Source: an uncultured Chloroflexia bacterium
GTDB lineage: Bacteria > Chloroflexota > Limnocylindria > Limnocylindrales > CSP1-4
Length of the DNA stretch: 64,000 nt
Assembly (NCBI GenBank): GCA_963767165.1
Contig: CAVYCV010000005.1
Coordinates: 196,767 to 260,766 of the forward strand
Reading direction: 5' to 3'
Part shown: positions 48,331 through 57,989 of the stretch, piece by piece
Layout: each line of letters opens with the position of its first letter
How positions within the stretch are numbered: the first letter of the stretch is position 1
Notes under the pieces: generated by a model
Told to the model about the DNA's origin: nothing
The model's database searches: none
The model's input: the letters and a program-made list of their open reading frames with translations, nothing else
Program-made: the position numbers and the translations under genes

Positions 48331-50634
48331 CTAGCGGCGGCGGCGGTCCCGCCGGCGGAACGCGAGACGCAGCAGGTTCAGCTTCAGCCGCCGCTCCGCG
48401 GCCCTGAGGGCCTGCAGCCGGTCGTCGCTCAGGATGCCGCGACCGTAGGCGGTCTCGACCTTCGCGTGCGCGACCAGCTCCAGCTCCGGCCGGGCGATCG
48501 GCAGCACCTCGCCGAGGCTGCCGGAGAACTCGTACACGGTCTGGGTCGCGCGCGGCCCGAAGCCGAACCGCGACGCCAGCCGGGTGACCGTCCGGTAGGC
48601 GTGGTCGGCCGTCGTCCCGCTGCGTGGGCCGCGCTGCCAGGCGATGAAGGCCAGGGCACAGACGATGACCAGCAACAGGATGGTCATGCCGATGAGCGGC
48701 GCGGCAACGTCGTTCCTCGTCCCCGCGACGACACCGGACCCCTCGTCCGGGTTCCGGAACTCGTTGTCGCCGAGCCGCGACGGCAGCACGAGGCTGGGCA
48801 GTGGCTTCGCGGTCCCGGTGACCGGCGGCCCCGATGGGAGGACCGGCAGCCTGGCGACGCTGCCGCCGGTCGGATCGAACGGCACCCACCCGTAGCCCGG
48901 GAAGTAGACCTCGACCCACTGGTGGCTGAGGCCGTTCCCGATCGTCTCCTCGCCGCTCGCCGAGCGCTCGCCCGGCAGGAACCCCTCGACGATCCGCGAC
49001 GGGATGCCCTGCTCGCGCAGGAAGATCGCCATCGTCGACGCGTAGAACTGGCAGTACCCCTGGCGGTAGTGGGCGAAGCACTCCACCGACGAGATGTCCT
49101 TGCATCCGCCGGCGAGGAGGTCCAGCACGTCCGTGTCGTACGTGAAGAGGCGGGTCGGTCCCGAATCCCGGAAGCGCGTCTGGAGGTAGTCCGCGAAGTC
49201 GAACGGGTTGAGCGAGGGCGCCTCCGTGACGAGCTGGTCGTAGAGGGCCTCGGCCGCGCCGCCCGCCGGGATGGCGCCCTCGGGGACCTCCAGGTACAGG
49301 TCCGTGACCTCGACCGGATAGGCCGTGCCCGCCGCGCGCAGGTTCTCCTGGTTGAGCTCGCCGGTCTTGTTGCCGGCGATCGGCACGAGCGCGGTCACGG
49401 TGTACGGGCCGTTGCCGTCGCGTTCGACGCTGCCGATGAACGGGCCGTCGCCGATCAGCCGGACCGTCGTCCCCTGGTCGACGACGCTCGGGATCAGTGG
49501 CGAGAGGATCGGTCGCCCGGTGTACCGCGCGGGCGTCACCTTGAACGTCACGGGCTCGGTCAACGCCGGATCCGGTGCCTCGGCGGTGTCCTTGAGGAGC
49601 TCCTCGCCCGCCTGCCGGACGACCTCGGACCCCTCGCTCGGCTTCCAGCCGTTGAGCGCGAACTGGTCGAAGGTCACGACGCGCCAGTAGAAGTCCCGCT
49701 TCTCGTCGGGTGGCACCTGGATCGTGACCTCGAGGGAGTCGTCCGGGTTCCAGCGGCCCGAGATCCGCGTGCCCGACGGGTCGAAGTCGGCGCCGAAGGA
49801 CACGCTGTTCCCGCCGGTCGGCAGGAACTTCTGGAACGAGCGCGACAGCTCGATCAGGCTGGCGCTGACGCCGCCCCAGGCGCCGCGCAACGGGTCCGAC
49901 GACGCGACATTCGTGAGCAGCAGCGATCCGCCGATGGCCGCCGTGATGAAGAGCGTCCCGCCGCGCAGGTACACGCCCGAGATCGAGGCGGGGTCGCCGA
50001 TCCGGCGGCGGAGCCACTCGGCCTGCTCCTCCAGGACGTGATAGCGGATCAGCAGGAACAGCGAGGTGATGCTGAACAGCACGAGCAGGACCAGCTGGTC
50101 GCGCGTCGTGAGAGACATGTTGACCAGCAGGACCAGCCCGACGATCACGATGGCATTGAGCGGTCGCCGCTGGCCGAACGTGGCGTAGGCCGCGAACATC
50201 GAGGTCGCCCACACGAACAGGCCGAGCACCAGCAGGAAGTGGCCGTATTCGTTCGTGAGCGGCTTGTCGAGGACGACGAGGTCGATGACGGCGTGGACGA
50301 GGGACCTCGCGGTCGACTCGTAGGCGCTCAGCCTGCTGCCTTCCGCGACCAGGACGTTGCCGACGACGAGCGGCACGATCAGCGCGGCGAAGACCGCCCC
50401 GATGAGATACGTCCGCCAGCGGCCCCAGCCGACCTTGACCCCGATCAGGCCGGCGAACATGCCCAGGATCGCCATCGGGATGAGGAGGTCGGTGAAGTCC
50501 TCGCGAGCCAGGATCGGCGCCGCGTCGTCGATCGACGTCGCCATCGTGGCGCACAGCAGGGCGACGAGGGCGACCGTCAGCCAGCCCTCCACGGGCGAGA
50601 GGGGGATGCGGCGCGTGCCGATCGTCCGGGTCAT
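48331..50634 (-). CDS. transglutaminase-like membrane protein (TgpA-like: DUF3488 TM region + transglutaminase core + DUF4129)
   Basis: N-terminal six or more TM helices. Core with Cys (ECFAHYRQGYCQFYAS), His (HQWVEVYF) and Asp (GWVPFDPT), then a C-terminal TM. Confidence 0.8.
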   Translation of the reverse strand: MTRTIGTRRIPLSPVEGWLTVALVALLCATMATSIDDAAPILAREDFTDLLIPMAILGMFAGLIGVKVGWGRWRTYLIGAVFAALIVPLVVGNVLVAEGSRLSAYESTARSLVHAVIDLVVLDKPLTNEYGHFLLVLGLFVWATSMFAAYATFGQRRPLNAIVIVGLVLLVNMSLTTRDQLVLLVLFSITSLFLLIRYHVLEEQAEWLRRRIGDPASISGVYLRGGTLFITAAIGGSLLLTNVASSDPLRGAWGGVSASLIELSRSFQKFLPTGGNSVSFGADFDPSGTRISGRWNPDDSLEVTIQVPPDEKRDFYWRVVTFDQFALNGWKPSEGSEVVRQAGEELLKDTAEAPDPALTEPVTFKVTPARYTGRPILSPLIPSVVDQGTTVRLIGDGPFIGSVERDGNGPYTVTALVPIAGNKTGELNQENLRAAGTAYPVEVTDLYLEVPEGAIPAGGAAEALYDQLVTEAPSLNPFDFADYLQTRFRDSGPTRLFTYDTDVLDLLAGGCKDISSVECFAHYRQGYCQFYASTMAIFLREQGIPSRIVEGFLPGERSASGEETIGNGLSHQWVEVYFPGYGWVPFDPTGGSVARLPVLPSGPPVTGTAKPLPSLVLPSRLGDNEFRNPDEGSGVVAGTRNDVAAPLIGMTILLLVIVCALAFIAWQRGPRSGTTADHAYRTVTRLASRFGFGPRATQTVYEFSGSLGEVLPIARPELELVAHAKVETAYGRGILSDDRLQALRAAERRLKLNLLRLAFRRRDRRRR

Positions 50635-51887
50635 CGGGTCAGGATCTCGCCGAGCGGGCGACCGGGGGTAACCACGTGGTAGGGCAGCTCGTACTCGGCG
50701 AGGGCATGGCGCAGGGCCCGGGCACGCTTGGCCGCCGCCTCGGCCTCGGCCGGATCGACATGGACCGTCCCGCCGGACGCCGACGCCGCAACGGCACGAG
50801 CGACCCGGTCGTACTCGCCGACGTCGAAGGTCACCACGACGCAGGCCACGCCCCGGGTGCGCAGGCTCGCGAGGGGCCGCACCCACGACGGGTCGAGCGA
50901 CGGGGTGATCACGACGGCCGTCATGCCGCGCCGGAGGCGACCGACAGTCGAGATGAGCGTCTCGACGAGCGGGGCATGCCCGTCGGCCTCGACGGCGGCG
51001 AGGAGCTGCATGATCTTCTGGTGCTGGCGGCCGCCCCGGTCGGCCGGCAGGAACGCGGTCCGGCCGGCATTGACCGTGAAGCCGACGGCCCGGTTCTCGG
51101 CGATGGCCTTGTCCGAGACCGCGGCCGCGACCCGGATGGCCGCCTCGGTCGTCGACTCGTCGCCGCGGCCGCCGCCGATGCCGCGTTGCAGGTCGAGGAT
51201 GATCCAGGCGTCGGCGGTCTGCTCGAGGTCGAACTCCTTGACCTGGAGCTCGCCGTGGCGCGCCGTCGTCTTCCAGTGGATCCGGTTCATCGCGTCACCC
51301 GGGGCATATGGCCGCACCGACGTCGCGAGCGGCGTCGTCTGAAGCGTCCGCTCGGGCGAGGCGTGGCTGCCCTCCAGGATCGCCGAGGGCAACCGCCAGG
51401 ACGGGATGGGCTCGAGCCGCGGATAGACGATGACCGAGACGCCCTGGCCCACCGTCGCCGCCGCCTCGAAGAAGCCGAACGGGTCGCCGGTCCGGATGTG
51501 GAGGGGCTCGATCCGGAAGTGCCCGCGGCGCGAGAGCGGGACGCGGATCAGCCATGATCGCTCGCTGCGCCCGCCGAGCGTGATCGCCCGACCCGGCAGG
51601 GCGCCCGGCAAGGTCGTCGGGTTGTGGACTTCCAGCCAGAGCTTGGGCAGCCGGCTGCCGTTGCGGAGCGTGTAGGTGACCCGCATCTTGTCGCCGACGT
51701 GGCCGTGCAGCTGGCTCACCGCGTATCCGGCTTCGAGGTCGGTCAGGCCCAGGCGCACCAGGATGTACGAGCCGCCGATCACGAGGATCGCGAGGTACAG
51801 CAGGTAGAAGAGGAACGGCCAGCCGGTCGAGAACGCGGCGACGACGAGGAAGGCGCTGACGAACAGCAGCTCGAGCCGGCGGATCAT
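50631..51887 (-). CDS. DUF58 domain protein (vWA-like, MoxR partner)
   Basis: N-terminal two TM helices, and a DUF58 core with YAPGDAMNRIHWKTTARHGELQVKEF. Its start overlaps the tgpA-like stop. Confidence 0.8.
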   Translation of the reverse strand: MIRRLELLFVSAFLVVAAFSTGWPFLFYLLYLAILVIGGSYILVRLGLTDLEAGYAVSQLHGHVGDKMRVTYTLRNGSRLPKLWLEVHNPTTLPGALPGRAITLGGRSERSWLIRVPLSRRGHFRIEPLHIRTGDPFGFFEAAATVGQGVSVIVYPRLEPIPSWRLPSAILEGSHASPERTLQTTPLATSVRPYAPGDAMNRIHWKTTARHGELQVKEFDLEQTADAWIILDLQRGIGGGRGDESTTEAAIRVAAAVSDKAIAENRAVGFTVNAGRTAFLPADRGGRQHQKIMQLLAAVEADGHAPLVETLISTVGRLRRGMTAVVITPSLDPSWVRPLASLRTRGVACVVVTFDVGEYDRVARAVAASASGGTVHVDPAEAEAAAKRARALRHALAEYELPYHVVTPGRPLGEILTR

Positions 51888-51929
51888 GTGGTTCGGCCCC
51901 GGGGCTCCATCCGGCCGACCGCCCGGGTC

Positions 51930-52937
51930 CTAGGCGCCGGGGACGGCTGACGCGCCCGCCGGGTTGCGCAGTCCGGTCGGACCGCCCTGCCCGGTCGGTC
52001 GGATGCCCTCGATCGAGGTCGTCTCGAGCAGCTCCCGGACGACCTGGCCGGCCTGCACGTCGTGGATGGACGAGCTCGTCTTGATGATCAGCCGATGCGC
52101 CAGGGCCGGTTCGGCCAGCGCCTTGATGTCATCGGGGATCACGTAGTCCCGGCCGAGCAGGCCGGCCAGCGCCTGACCGGCCCGGTACAGGGCGATCGAG
52201 CCGCGTGGCGAGGCGCCGAGGTAGACATCGGGATGGCTGCGGGTGGTGCCGACGAGTCGGACGATGTAGTCGGCGACGCTCGAATCGACGTAGATCTCGC
52301 GGACGGCCTCCTGCATCTCGCGCAGCTCCTCGACGGTCAGGACCTCCTCGAGGTCCTCGAGCGGATGGGTCCGCTTCTGCTCGTCGAGGATCACGATCTC
52401 CTCGATCGGCTGGGGATAGCCAAGGCGAAGTCGCAGCATGAAGCGATCCAGCTGCGCCTCGGGCAGCGCGAACGTGCCCTCGTACTCGATCGGGTTCTGC
52501 GTCGCGATGACGAGGAACGGATCCGGCATCGGGTAGGTGGTGCCATCGATCGTCGCCTGGCGCTCCTCCATGCACTCGAGGAGCGCGGACTGGGTCTTCG
52601 GGGTCGCCCGGTTGATCTCGTCGGCGAGCACGATCTGGCTGAAGATCGGGCCCGGGCGGAACTCGAACTCCTGGGTCTTCTGGTTGTAGATCGACAGCCC
52701 CGAGACGTCGGAGGGCAGGAGGTCGGGGGTGAACTGGATCCGTCGGAACGAGGAGCCGAGGCTCCGCGCGATCGCCTTGGCCAGCACGGTCTTGCCGGTC
52801 CCCGGCACATCCTCGATGAGCAGGTGGCCGCGGCACAGCAGGGCGACCAGGGCAAGACGGACTTCGTGGTGCTTGCCGACGATCACGCGCTCGACGTTGG
52901 CGAGGACCTTGTCGCCGGTCTCCTGGATCTTGGTCAT
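51930..52937 (-). CDS. MoxR family AAA+ ATPase
   Basis: Walker [16 protein letters not shown], Walker [12 protein letters not shown], sensor 2 and C-terminal MoxR lid. First gene of the MoxR-DUF58-TgpA operon. Confidence 0.9.
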   Translation of the reverse strand: MTKIQETGDKVLANVERVIVGKHHEVRLALVALLCRGHLLIEDVPGTGKTVLAKAIARSLGSSFRRIQFTPDLLPSDVSGLSIYNQKTQEFEFRPGPIFSQIVLADEINRATPKTQSALLECMEERQATIDGTTYPMPDPFLVIATQNPIEYEGTFALPEAQLDRFMLRLRLGYPQPIEEIVILDEQKRTHPLEDLEEVLTVEELREMQEAVREIYVDSSVADYIVRLVGTTRSHPDVYLGASPRGSIALYRAGQALAGLLGRDYVIPDDIKALAEPALAHRLIIKTSSSIHDVQAGQVVRELLETTSIEGIRPTGQGGPTGLRNPAGASAVPGA

Positions 52938-53430
52938 CGGCCTCTCTCGCAGGGTGGGCGACGCCGGGGACGCCGCAGGCGGGCGGGTTGGTGGGGTGCG
53001 ACGAGCCCAGTGGGACTCATGTGTCGTCGCAGGATAGTACGTCCAGCCGGGGCCATAGGTTCCCGGGCCTGTCGGTCGAGGGGCGCGGCGATCAGGAACG
53101 GGGCGGGCCGCCCCCCAGGGCGTCGGGGCGGAGCGGGCCTGGATCGGCGCGCTCGAGACGGGGCCCGTCAGGTCCGCCGGGTCGCGGGTACCGTCCCCCA
53201 ACGGGACCCGCGACGCAGCGCCGACGGACGAGCATCGGCCTTGAGCGGGCGAGCCACCCGCCGCGCGAGCCGACACGGGAGGGCGTGCGGCGGCGATCAC
53301 GGCCCCCAGCCATCACCGTCGTCTCACGTCCCGGTCTCCCTCACGGGATCACGCTGGTCCGCCACGGTGAACGCGACGTCAGCGTGCCGTCAACATTCCG
53401 GACACGCCCGGGCCCGGCGGTGCGTCGTCG

Positions 53431-53664
53431 TCAGCCGCGGAGCAGCGTGAGCGCCCCGACCCAGGCGGTCATCACGCAGCCGATCGCGCCCATCACGGTG
53501 AGGAACGGCTCCCCGCCGATCCAGGCCGCGGCCGCGACCCCGCCGAACATCGTGGCGAGGACCGCCGCGATCGCGGCGAGACCGATCCGCTCGACCCACG
53601 GGCGACGCGGGCGAGGCGGCTCGACGATGTCATCAGACGGAACGCCAGGGTCCTCGCTCGTCAC
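53431..53664 (-). CDS. hypothetical small 2-TM membrane protein translationally coupled to pbpA (GTGA overlap)
   Basis: GTG at 53664 overlaps the pbpA stop (53661-53663). Sequence VTSEDPGVPSDDIVEPPRPRRPWVERIGLAAIAAVLATMFGGVAAAAWIGGEPFLTVMGAIGCVMTAWVGALTLL. Confidence 0.3.
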   Translation of the reverse strand: MTSEDPGVPSDDIVEPPRPRRPWVERIGLAAIAAVLATMFGGVAAAAWIGGEPFLTVMGAIGCVMTAWVGALTLLRG

Positions 53665-55157
53665 GGCGTCCCGCGCAGGTAGCGGGTCATGAGGTCGCCC
53701 GCGATCGGCGCCGCCACCTCGCCGCCACGACCGGCCTGCTCGACGAGGACCGCGATGGCGACCGTCGGTGCCTCCGCCGGGGCAAAGCCGATGAACCACG
53801 AGTGCGGCTCGCCTGTGCCGCCCAGCTCGGCCGTCCCCGACTTGCCGGCCGTGGTGATGCCCTGGACCTTTGCTCCAGTCGTGAACTGCCGCCCGAGGTC
53901 GCCCTCGACCGCCTCGACCATCGCACGGTTGATGTCGCGGGCATCGGACGGGTCGATCACCTGCCCCATCCGTTCGGGACCGAAGACGCGCGGCTGGCCG
54001 CTCTTCCCGGTCAACGACGTGACCAGCCTCGGTCGCATCAGGGCGCCGTCGTTGGCGACGGTCGCGGCGACCAGCGCCATCTGGAGCGGCGTCACGACGG
54101 TCTCCGCCTGGCCGTAGGCCGCGTTCGCGAGCTCGACGTCATCCGCGAAACCGCCAGGCCCGGACCCGTCGCCGTTGGTGACCTGCGAGGTCGCCGTCGG
54201 GAGCTCGAACGGCAGAGGGGCATCGAAGCCCATCCGGTCCGCATAGCGTTTCAGGTCGACGCCGCCGATGGCCAGACCGGTGAGGGCGTACCAGATGTTG
54301 CACGACACCTCGGTCGCCTCGACGAAGTCGAGCGCCTTCTTCCCCGTCTGTGGATGGTGCCCGTCGCGGATCCGGAAGCCATCGACGAGGAGGCCGTCCT
54401 GTTCGGCCTTGGGCTGCTCCTTGTAGGTCGTCTCCGGCGTGATCGCCCCGGATCCGAGACCGGCCACGGCTGTCACGATCTTGAACACGGAGCCCGGCAC
54501 GTAGCGGCCCTGGGTCGCGCGCGGCAGCAGCGGCTGCGTCTTGTCGTCGATCAGGGCGGCGAACGTCGAATCGGCCGTGGCCGGGTCGGCGATCGCCGAT
54601 GCGTCGTATGTCGGGGTCGAGGCCAGCGCGAGGATCTCGCCCGAGCGCGGGTCGAGCATGACGATCGCACCGCGATCCTTGCCGAGCGCCCGGACAGCGG
54701 CCCGTTGGAGGTCGTACGAGAGCGACAGCGTGAGGTCCTTGGGGTCGTAGGGCGTCGCCCCGAACTTGCGGAACGCGTCGGCGAGGGGGTCGCCCGCGAG
54801 CCCGGAGAGCTCGGCGTCGAACGCCCGCTCGAGACCGGCAGTCCCGTAGCGTCGCGAGGCGTAGCCGACGACGTGGCTGATCGCGGTGCTCGCGTACACG
54901 CGGTACAGCTCGCCGTTGGCGTCCTTCTTGTTGCGCGCGAGGACCTTTCCGTCACGGTCGAGGATCTGGCCGCGGGGAACGGTCCTGGAGGCGGCGATGA
55001 CCGCCGGATCGTACGGCGACCGGACCAGGTCGGGCGCCTTGATGACACCCCAGTACGCGACCGCTCCACCCAGGATCCCGAAGGCCAGTGACAAGGCCAC
55101 GAAGACGTGCATGATGCCGCGCGACAGCGGCCGACCGCCCGATCCGCTCGTCCGCAT
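53661..55157 (-). CDS. pbpA: class B penicillin-binding protein (PbpA/FtsI-type transpeptidase)
   Basis: N-terminal TM, dimerisation domain, transpeptidase motifs SVFK, SCN and KSGTA. The ATG overlaps the rodA stop (ATGA). Confidence 0.85.
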   Translation of the reverse strand: MRTSGSGGRPLSRGIMHVFVALSLAFGILGGAVAYWGVIKAPDLVRSPYDPAVIAASRTVPRGQILDRDGKVLARNKKDANGELYRVYASTAISHVVGYASRRYGTAGLERAFDAELSGLAGDPLADAFRKFGATPYDPKDLTLSLSYDLQRAAVRALGKDRGAIVMLDPRSGEILALASTPTYDASAIADPATADSTFAALIDDKTQPLLPRATQGRYVPGSVFKIVTAVAGLGSGAITPETTYKEQPKAEQDGLLVDGFRIRDGHHPQTGKKALDFVEATEVSCNIWYALTGLAIGGVDLKRYADRMGFDAPLPFELPTATSQVTNGDGSGPGGFADDVELANAAYGQAETVVTPLQMALVAATVANDGALMRPRLVTSLTGKSGQPRVFGPERMGQVIDPSDARDINRAMVEAVEGDLGRQFTTGAKVQGITTAGKSGTAELGGTGEPHSWFIGFAPAEAPTVAIAVLVEQAGRGGEVAAPIAGDLMTRYLRGTP

Positions 55158-56594
55158 CAGGCTGCCCGCCAGCTGGTCAGGCGCCGCCACCGACGGACCT
55201 CGGACGGCGGCGGCGGCGGTTCGACACCCTTGTCCGACAGGGCCAGCAGGAGCCCGACGATGAGGGCGTTCGCGAGCAGCGACGAGCCGCCATAGCTGAT
55301 GAACGGCAGCGTCACGCCCGTGAGCGGCAGCACCTTCAGGTTGCCCGCGGCGATGATGAACGCCTGGATCCCGACCACCAGCGCCAGCCCGATCGCGAGC
55401 AGCGCGCGGAAGTCGTCCGCCGCGGCGGCGCCGATCCGCAGACCTCGCTCGACGACCACGAGGAAGAGGCCGAGGATCGCGAGGACGCCGACGATGCCGA
55501 GCTCCTCGCCGAGCGCCGCGAGCGGGAAGTCCGTGTGGATCTCCGGGATCGGCAGCCTGCCGCCGACCTCGGGCAGGCCGGCACCCAGCCCGACGCCCAC
55601 CAGGCCACCACGGGCAAAGGCGAGGAGTGCCTGGACCACCTGGTAGCCGATGCCGAGCGGGTCGGCGAAGGGGTCGAGCCAGAGGTCGAACCGCACCCGG
55701 ACGTGATCGAACAGCTGGGCCATCAAGAGGCTGCCGAGCACGAACAGGATGAGCCCGATCACCACGAGGCTGACCCGCCCCGTCGCCACGTACACGAGGG
55801 CAAGGAAGACGCCGAAGAACAGGAGGGCCGCGCCGAGGTCACGCTGGACGACGACGATCCCCAACGCGATGGCCCACATCGCCACCATCGGGGCGAGGTA
55901 CGGCAGCGGTGGCAGGCGGAGCGGACCGACCCGGGTGTCCTGCTCGACCAGGAGCGCGCGGTTCTCCGAGAGATAGCCCGCCAGGAACACGACGAGGATG
56001 ACCTTGAGCAGCTCGGACGGCTGACCGCTGATGGGGCCGAACTGGAGGGTCAGGCGCGTGCCGTTGATCTCGCTCCCCAGAACGAACGTCAGCAGCAGCA
56101 GCCCGACGCCCGCCGCCGCCCAGGTGTACTTGTACCGGCGCAACCAGGCGTCGGAGCGGACGACGATCCCGAGGGTGGTCGCGATCGTGATCGCCACCAG
56201 CAGCCAGACCAACTGGACCTGGGCGAGGCCCGAGCTCCGCCCCGAAGAACGTCTGGGTGACCAGGTCCTGCGGGAGCCGCTCCATGAGCAGGAGCGAGAT
56301 CCCGCCGAGCAGCGCGACGACCGGCAGCAGGACCTGGTCGGTCCGACGGCCGGCCAGCACCTGGGCGCCATGTGCCACGGCCAGGGCGGCGAGATAGATG
56401 GCCAGGGCGCCGGCATCGGCCGGCACGAACGACCCGGTGACGGTCGCCCCGAGCGACACGCTGCCCACGAGCAACGTGAACGCGACGAGCAGGAGCAGGC
56501 GCGCCTCCTGCCAGCGCGGGCGCGGACGGATCGGCCCGAGGATCCGGGGCAGTGCCGGCGCCTGGCGGGCGGTGCTGGGGGCGCCCGCGCTCAT
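55157..56594 (-). pseudogene. rodA: FtsW/RodA/SpoVE (SEDS) family gene with a +1 frameshift near 56235 (extra G in a G-run)
   Basis: N-terminal about 120 aa (MSAGAP...LLLVAFTLLVGSVSLG...QTFFGAELG) are in the frame of track ORF 55839..56594. The remainder (LAQVQLVWLLVAITIA...) is in the frame of ORF 55157..56416. Junction is CTCGGGCCTCGCCCAG; removing one G restores ...AELGLAQVQL.... The ATG overlaps the fhaB stop. Confidence 0.75.
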
Positions 56595-57028
56595 CGGCGC
56601 GCCCGCTCGAGCCGAAACCGGACCTGGCCCACCTGGAGCTCATCGCCGAAGCCGAGCGCCGCGACGCCCTTGACCGGCCGGCCGTTCACGTACGAGCCGT
56701 TGGTACTCCCGAGGTCCTCGAGGTACCACGCCCGGCCGCGGTAGGTCAGGATGGCGTGCTCGGCCGAGGCGAACGGGTCGTCGACGACGATCGCGTTGTT
56801 GACGTCGCGACCCATGGTCGTGATCGCGTCGAGCGCGAAGACCTGGCCGGCTTCGGGCTCTCCGCTCGGTGAGTCCACCACGACCAGTCGACCGAGCTCG
56901 CCGCTCCCCTCGCGCGTCGCCGCCCGGAGGTCGCGCAGCAGCGCCCGGACGACGCGGTAGAGGAACAGGTACAGGAGCGCGAGGAAGAGGAACCGGATGA
57001 CCCACAGGACGACCAGGTATCCATCCAT
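56591..57028 (-). CDS. fhaB: FHA domain protein FhaB/FipA-like (N-terminal TM + FHA)
   Basis: TM helix LVVLWVIRFLFLALLYLFLY and C-terminal FHA (GRDVNNAIVVDDPFASAEHAIL...LEDLGSTNGSYVNG). Confidence 0.8.
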   Translation of the reverse strand: MDGYLVVLWVIRFLFLALLYLFLYRVVRALLRDLRAATREGSGELGRLVVVDSPSGEPEAGQVFALDAITTMGRDVNNAIVVDDPFASAEHAILTYRGRAWYLEDLGSTNGSYVNGRPVKGVAALGFGDELQVGQVRFRLERARR

Positions 57029-57804
57029 CAGTGCGTGGCCCCGTCGACCTCGACCTCGAGCGTCGATGCCCCGATCCGGATCTGATCGCCTGGGCCCAGG
57101 ACGACCGAGCTGACCCGCTCCCCGTTGACCTCGGTGCCGTTGGTGCTGCCGAGGTCGGAGTACAGCAGCGCCCCGCGACGGCCGGCGATCCGCCCGTGAT
57201 GGCGGGACACCCGTTCGTCGTGGAGGACGAGGTCGTTGTCGGTGGCGCGGCCGATCGTCAGCCCGGCGCCGATCGACACTTCGCGGACGCCGCCCCGCGG
57301 CTCATGGACGCGCAGGCGGGCGGACGGGGCGATCACGACCGGTACCGTATAGACCATCGTGTGGACGGGGTCCTGGCGTCCCCGTTCCTCGCGTCCGTCG
57401 TCATCGACGACCGGGTGGTGGCTGCTGCCCGCGATCGGGTCGGCGAACCTCGCGTCGACCCGGATGTCCGCTCGCAGGACCGTGGCATCGCCCAGCAGGT
57501 CGACGCGCGGCCGGTCCACGAGCGTGTAGTGGTGGGCCCGCGCGAAGAGGAGCGCGGCGTCGGCCAGCTCGGCGGCCAGCGTCTGCTCCATGTCGTCGAA
57601 GCCGGCGAGATCGTCCGGATGAAGGTGCACGACGAACCGATTCGGGACAAGCGTCCGGTCCGAGGCGGCCAGCCGTTCGGCCTCCATGGCGCGCTCGATC
57701 CGCCGCTGGAGTTGGACAGGCTGGAGTCTGGTCCGGAACAACCGAGCGGACGGGCGCTCGAAGAGTCGTTCGAAGAACCGCTCGATGGCGGTCAGCGGCG
57801 GCAT
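57028..57804 (-). CDS. fhaA: FhaA-like protein (DUF3662 N-terminal domain + C-terminal FHA)
   Basis: N-terminal PLTAIERFFERLFERPSARLF (DUF3662 signature) and C-terminal FHA (GRATDNDLVLHDERVSRHHGRI...SDLGSTNGTEVNG). Confidence 0.8.
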   Translation of the reverse strand: MPPLTAIERFFERLFERPSARLFRTRLQPVQLQRRIERAMEAERLAASDRTLVPNRFVVHLHPDDLAGFDDMEQTLAAELADAALLFARAHHYTLVDRPRVDLLGDATVLRADIRVDARFADPIAGSSHHPVVDDDGREERGRQDPVHTMVYTVPVVIAPSARLRVHEPRGGVREVSIGAGLTIGRATDNDLVLHDERVSRHHGRIAGRRGALLYSDLGSTNGTEVNGERVSSVVLGPGDQIRIGASTLEVEVDGATH

Positions 57805-57989
57805 GGTCGGTGGCGGACTCTACCACAGGGTCCGCGGAGGCCCCCGGGCCCCTGTAGACCGCACCGGACTATCCGCCGCGGAGCCCGGTACCCCCGTCGG
57901 GGGAACGTCAGGTGGCGTGCGATATACTCTCGCCCCTGTTCGGGGTGGTCCGACCGCCCCAGCATGTCCAGCGCCCATCCGGGGACCCG

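Noticed and set aside
52937-53430. About 490-bp apparently non-coding stretch upstream of moxR with several short ORFs (52988..53692 +, 53092..53316 -)
   Set aside because: The ORFs are low-complexity and unsupported. No ncRNA-like structure was recognised by eye. Left unannotated as a probable promoter/leader region.
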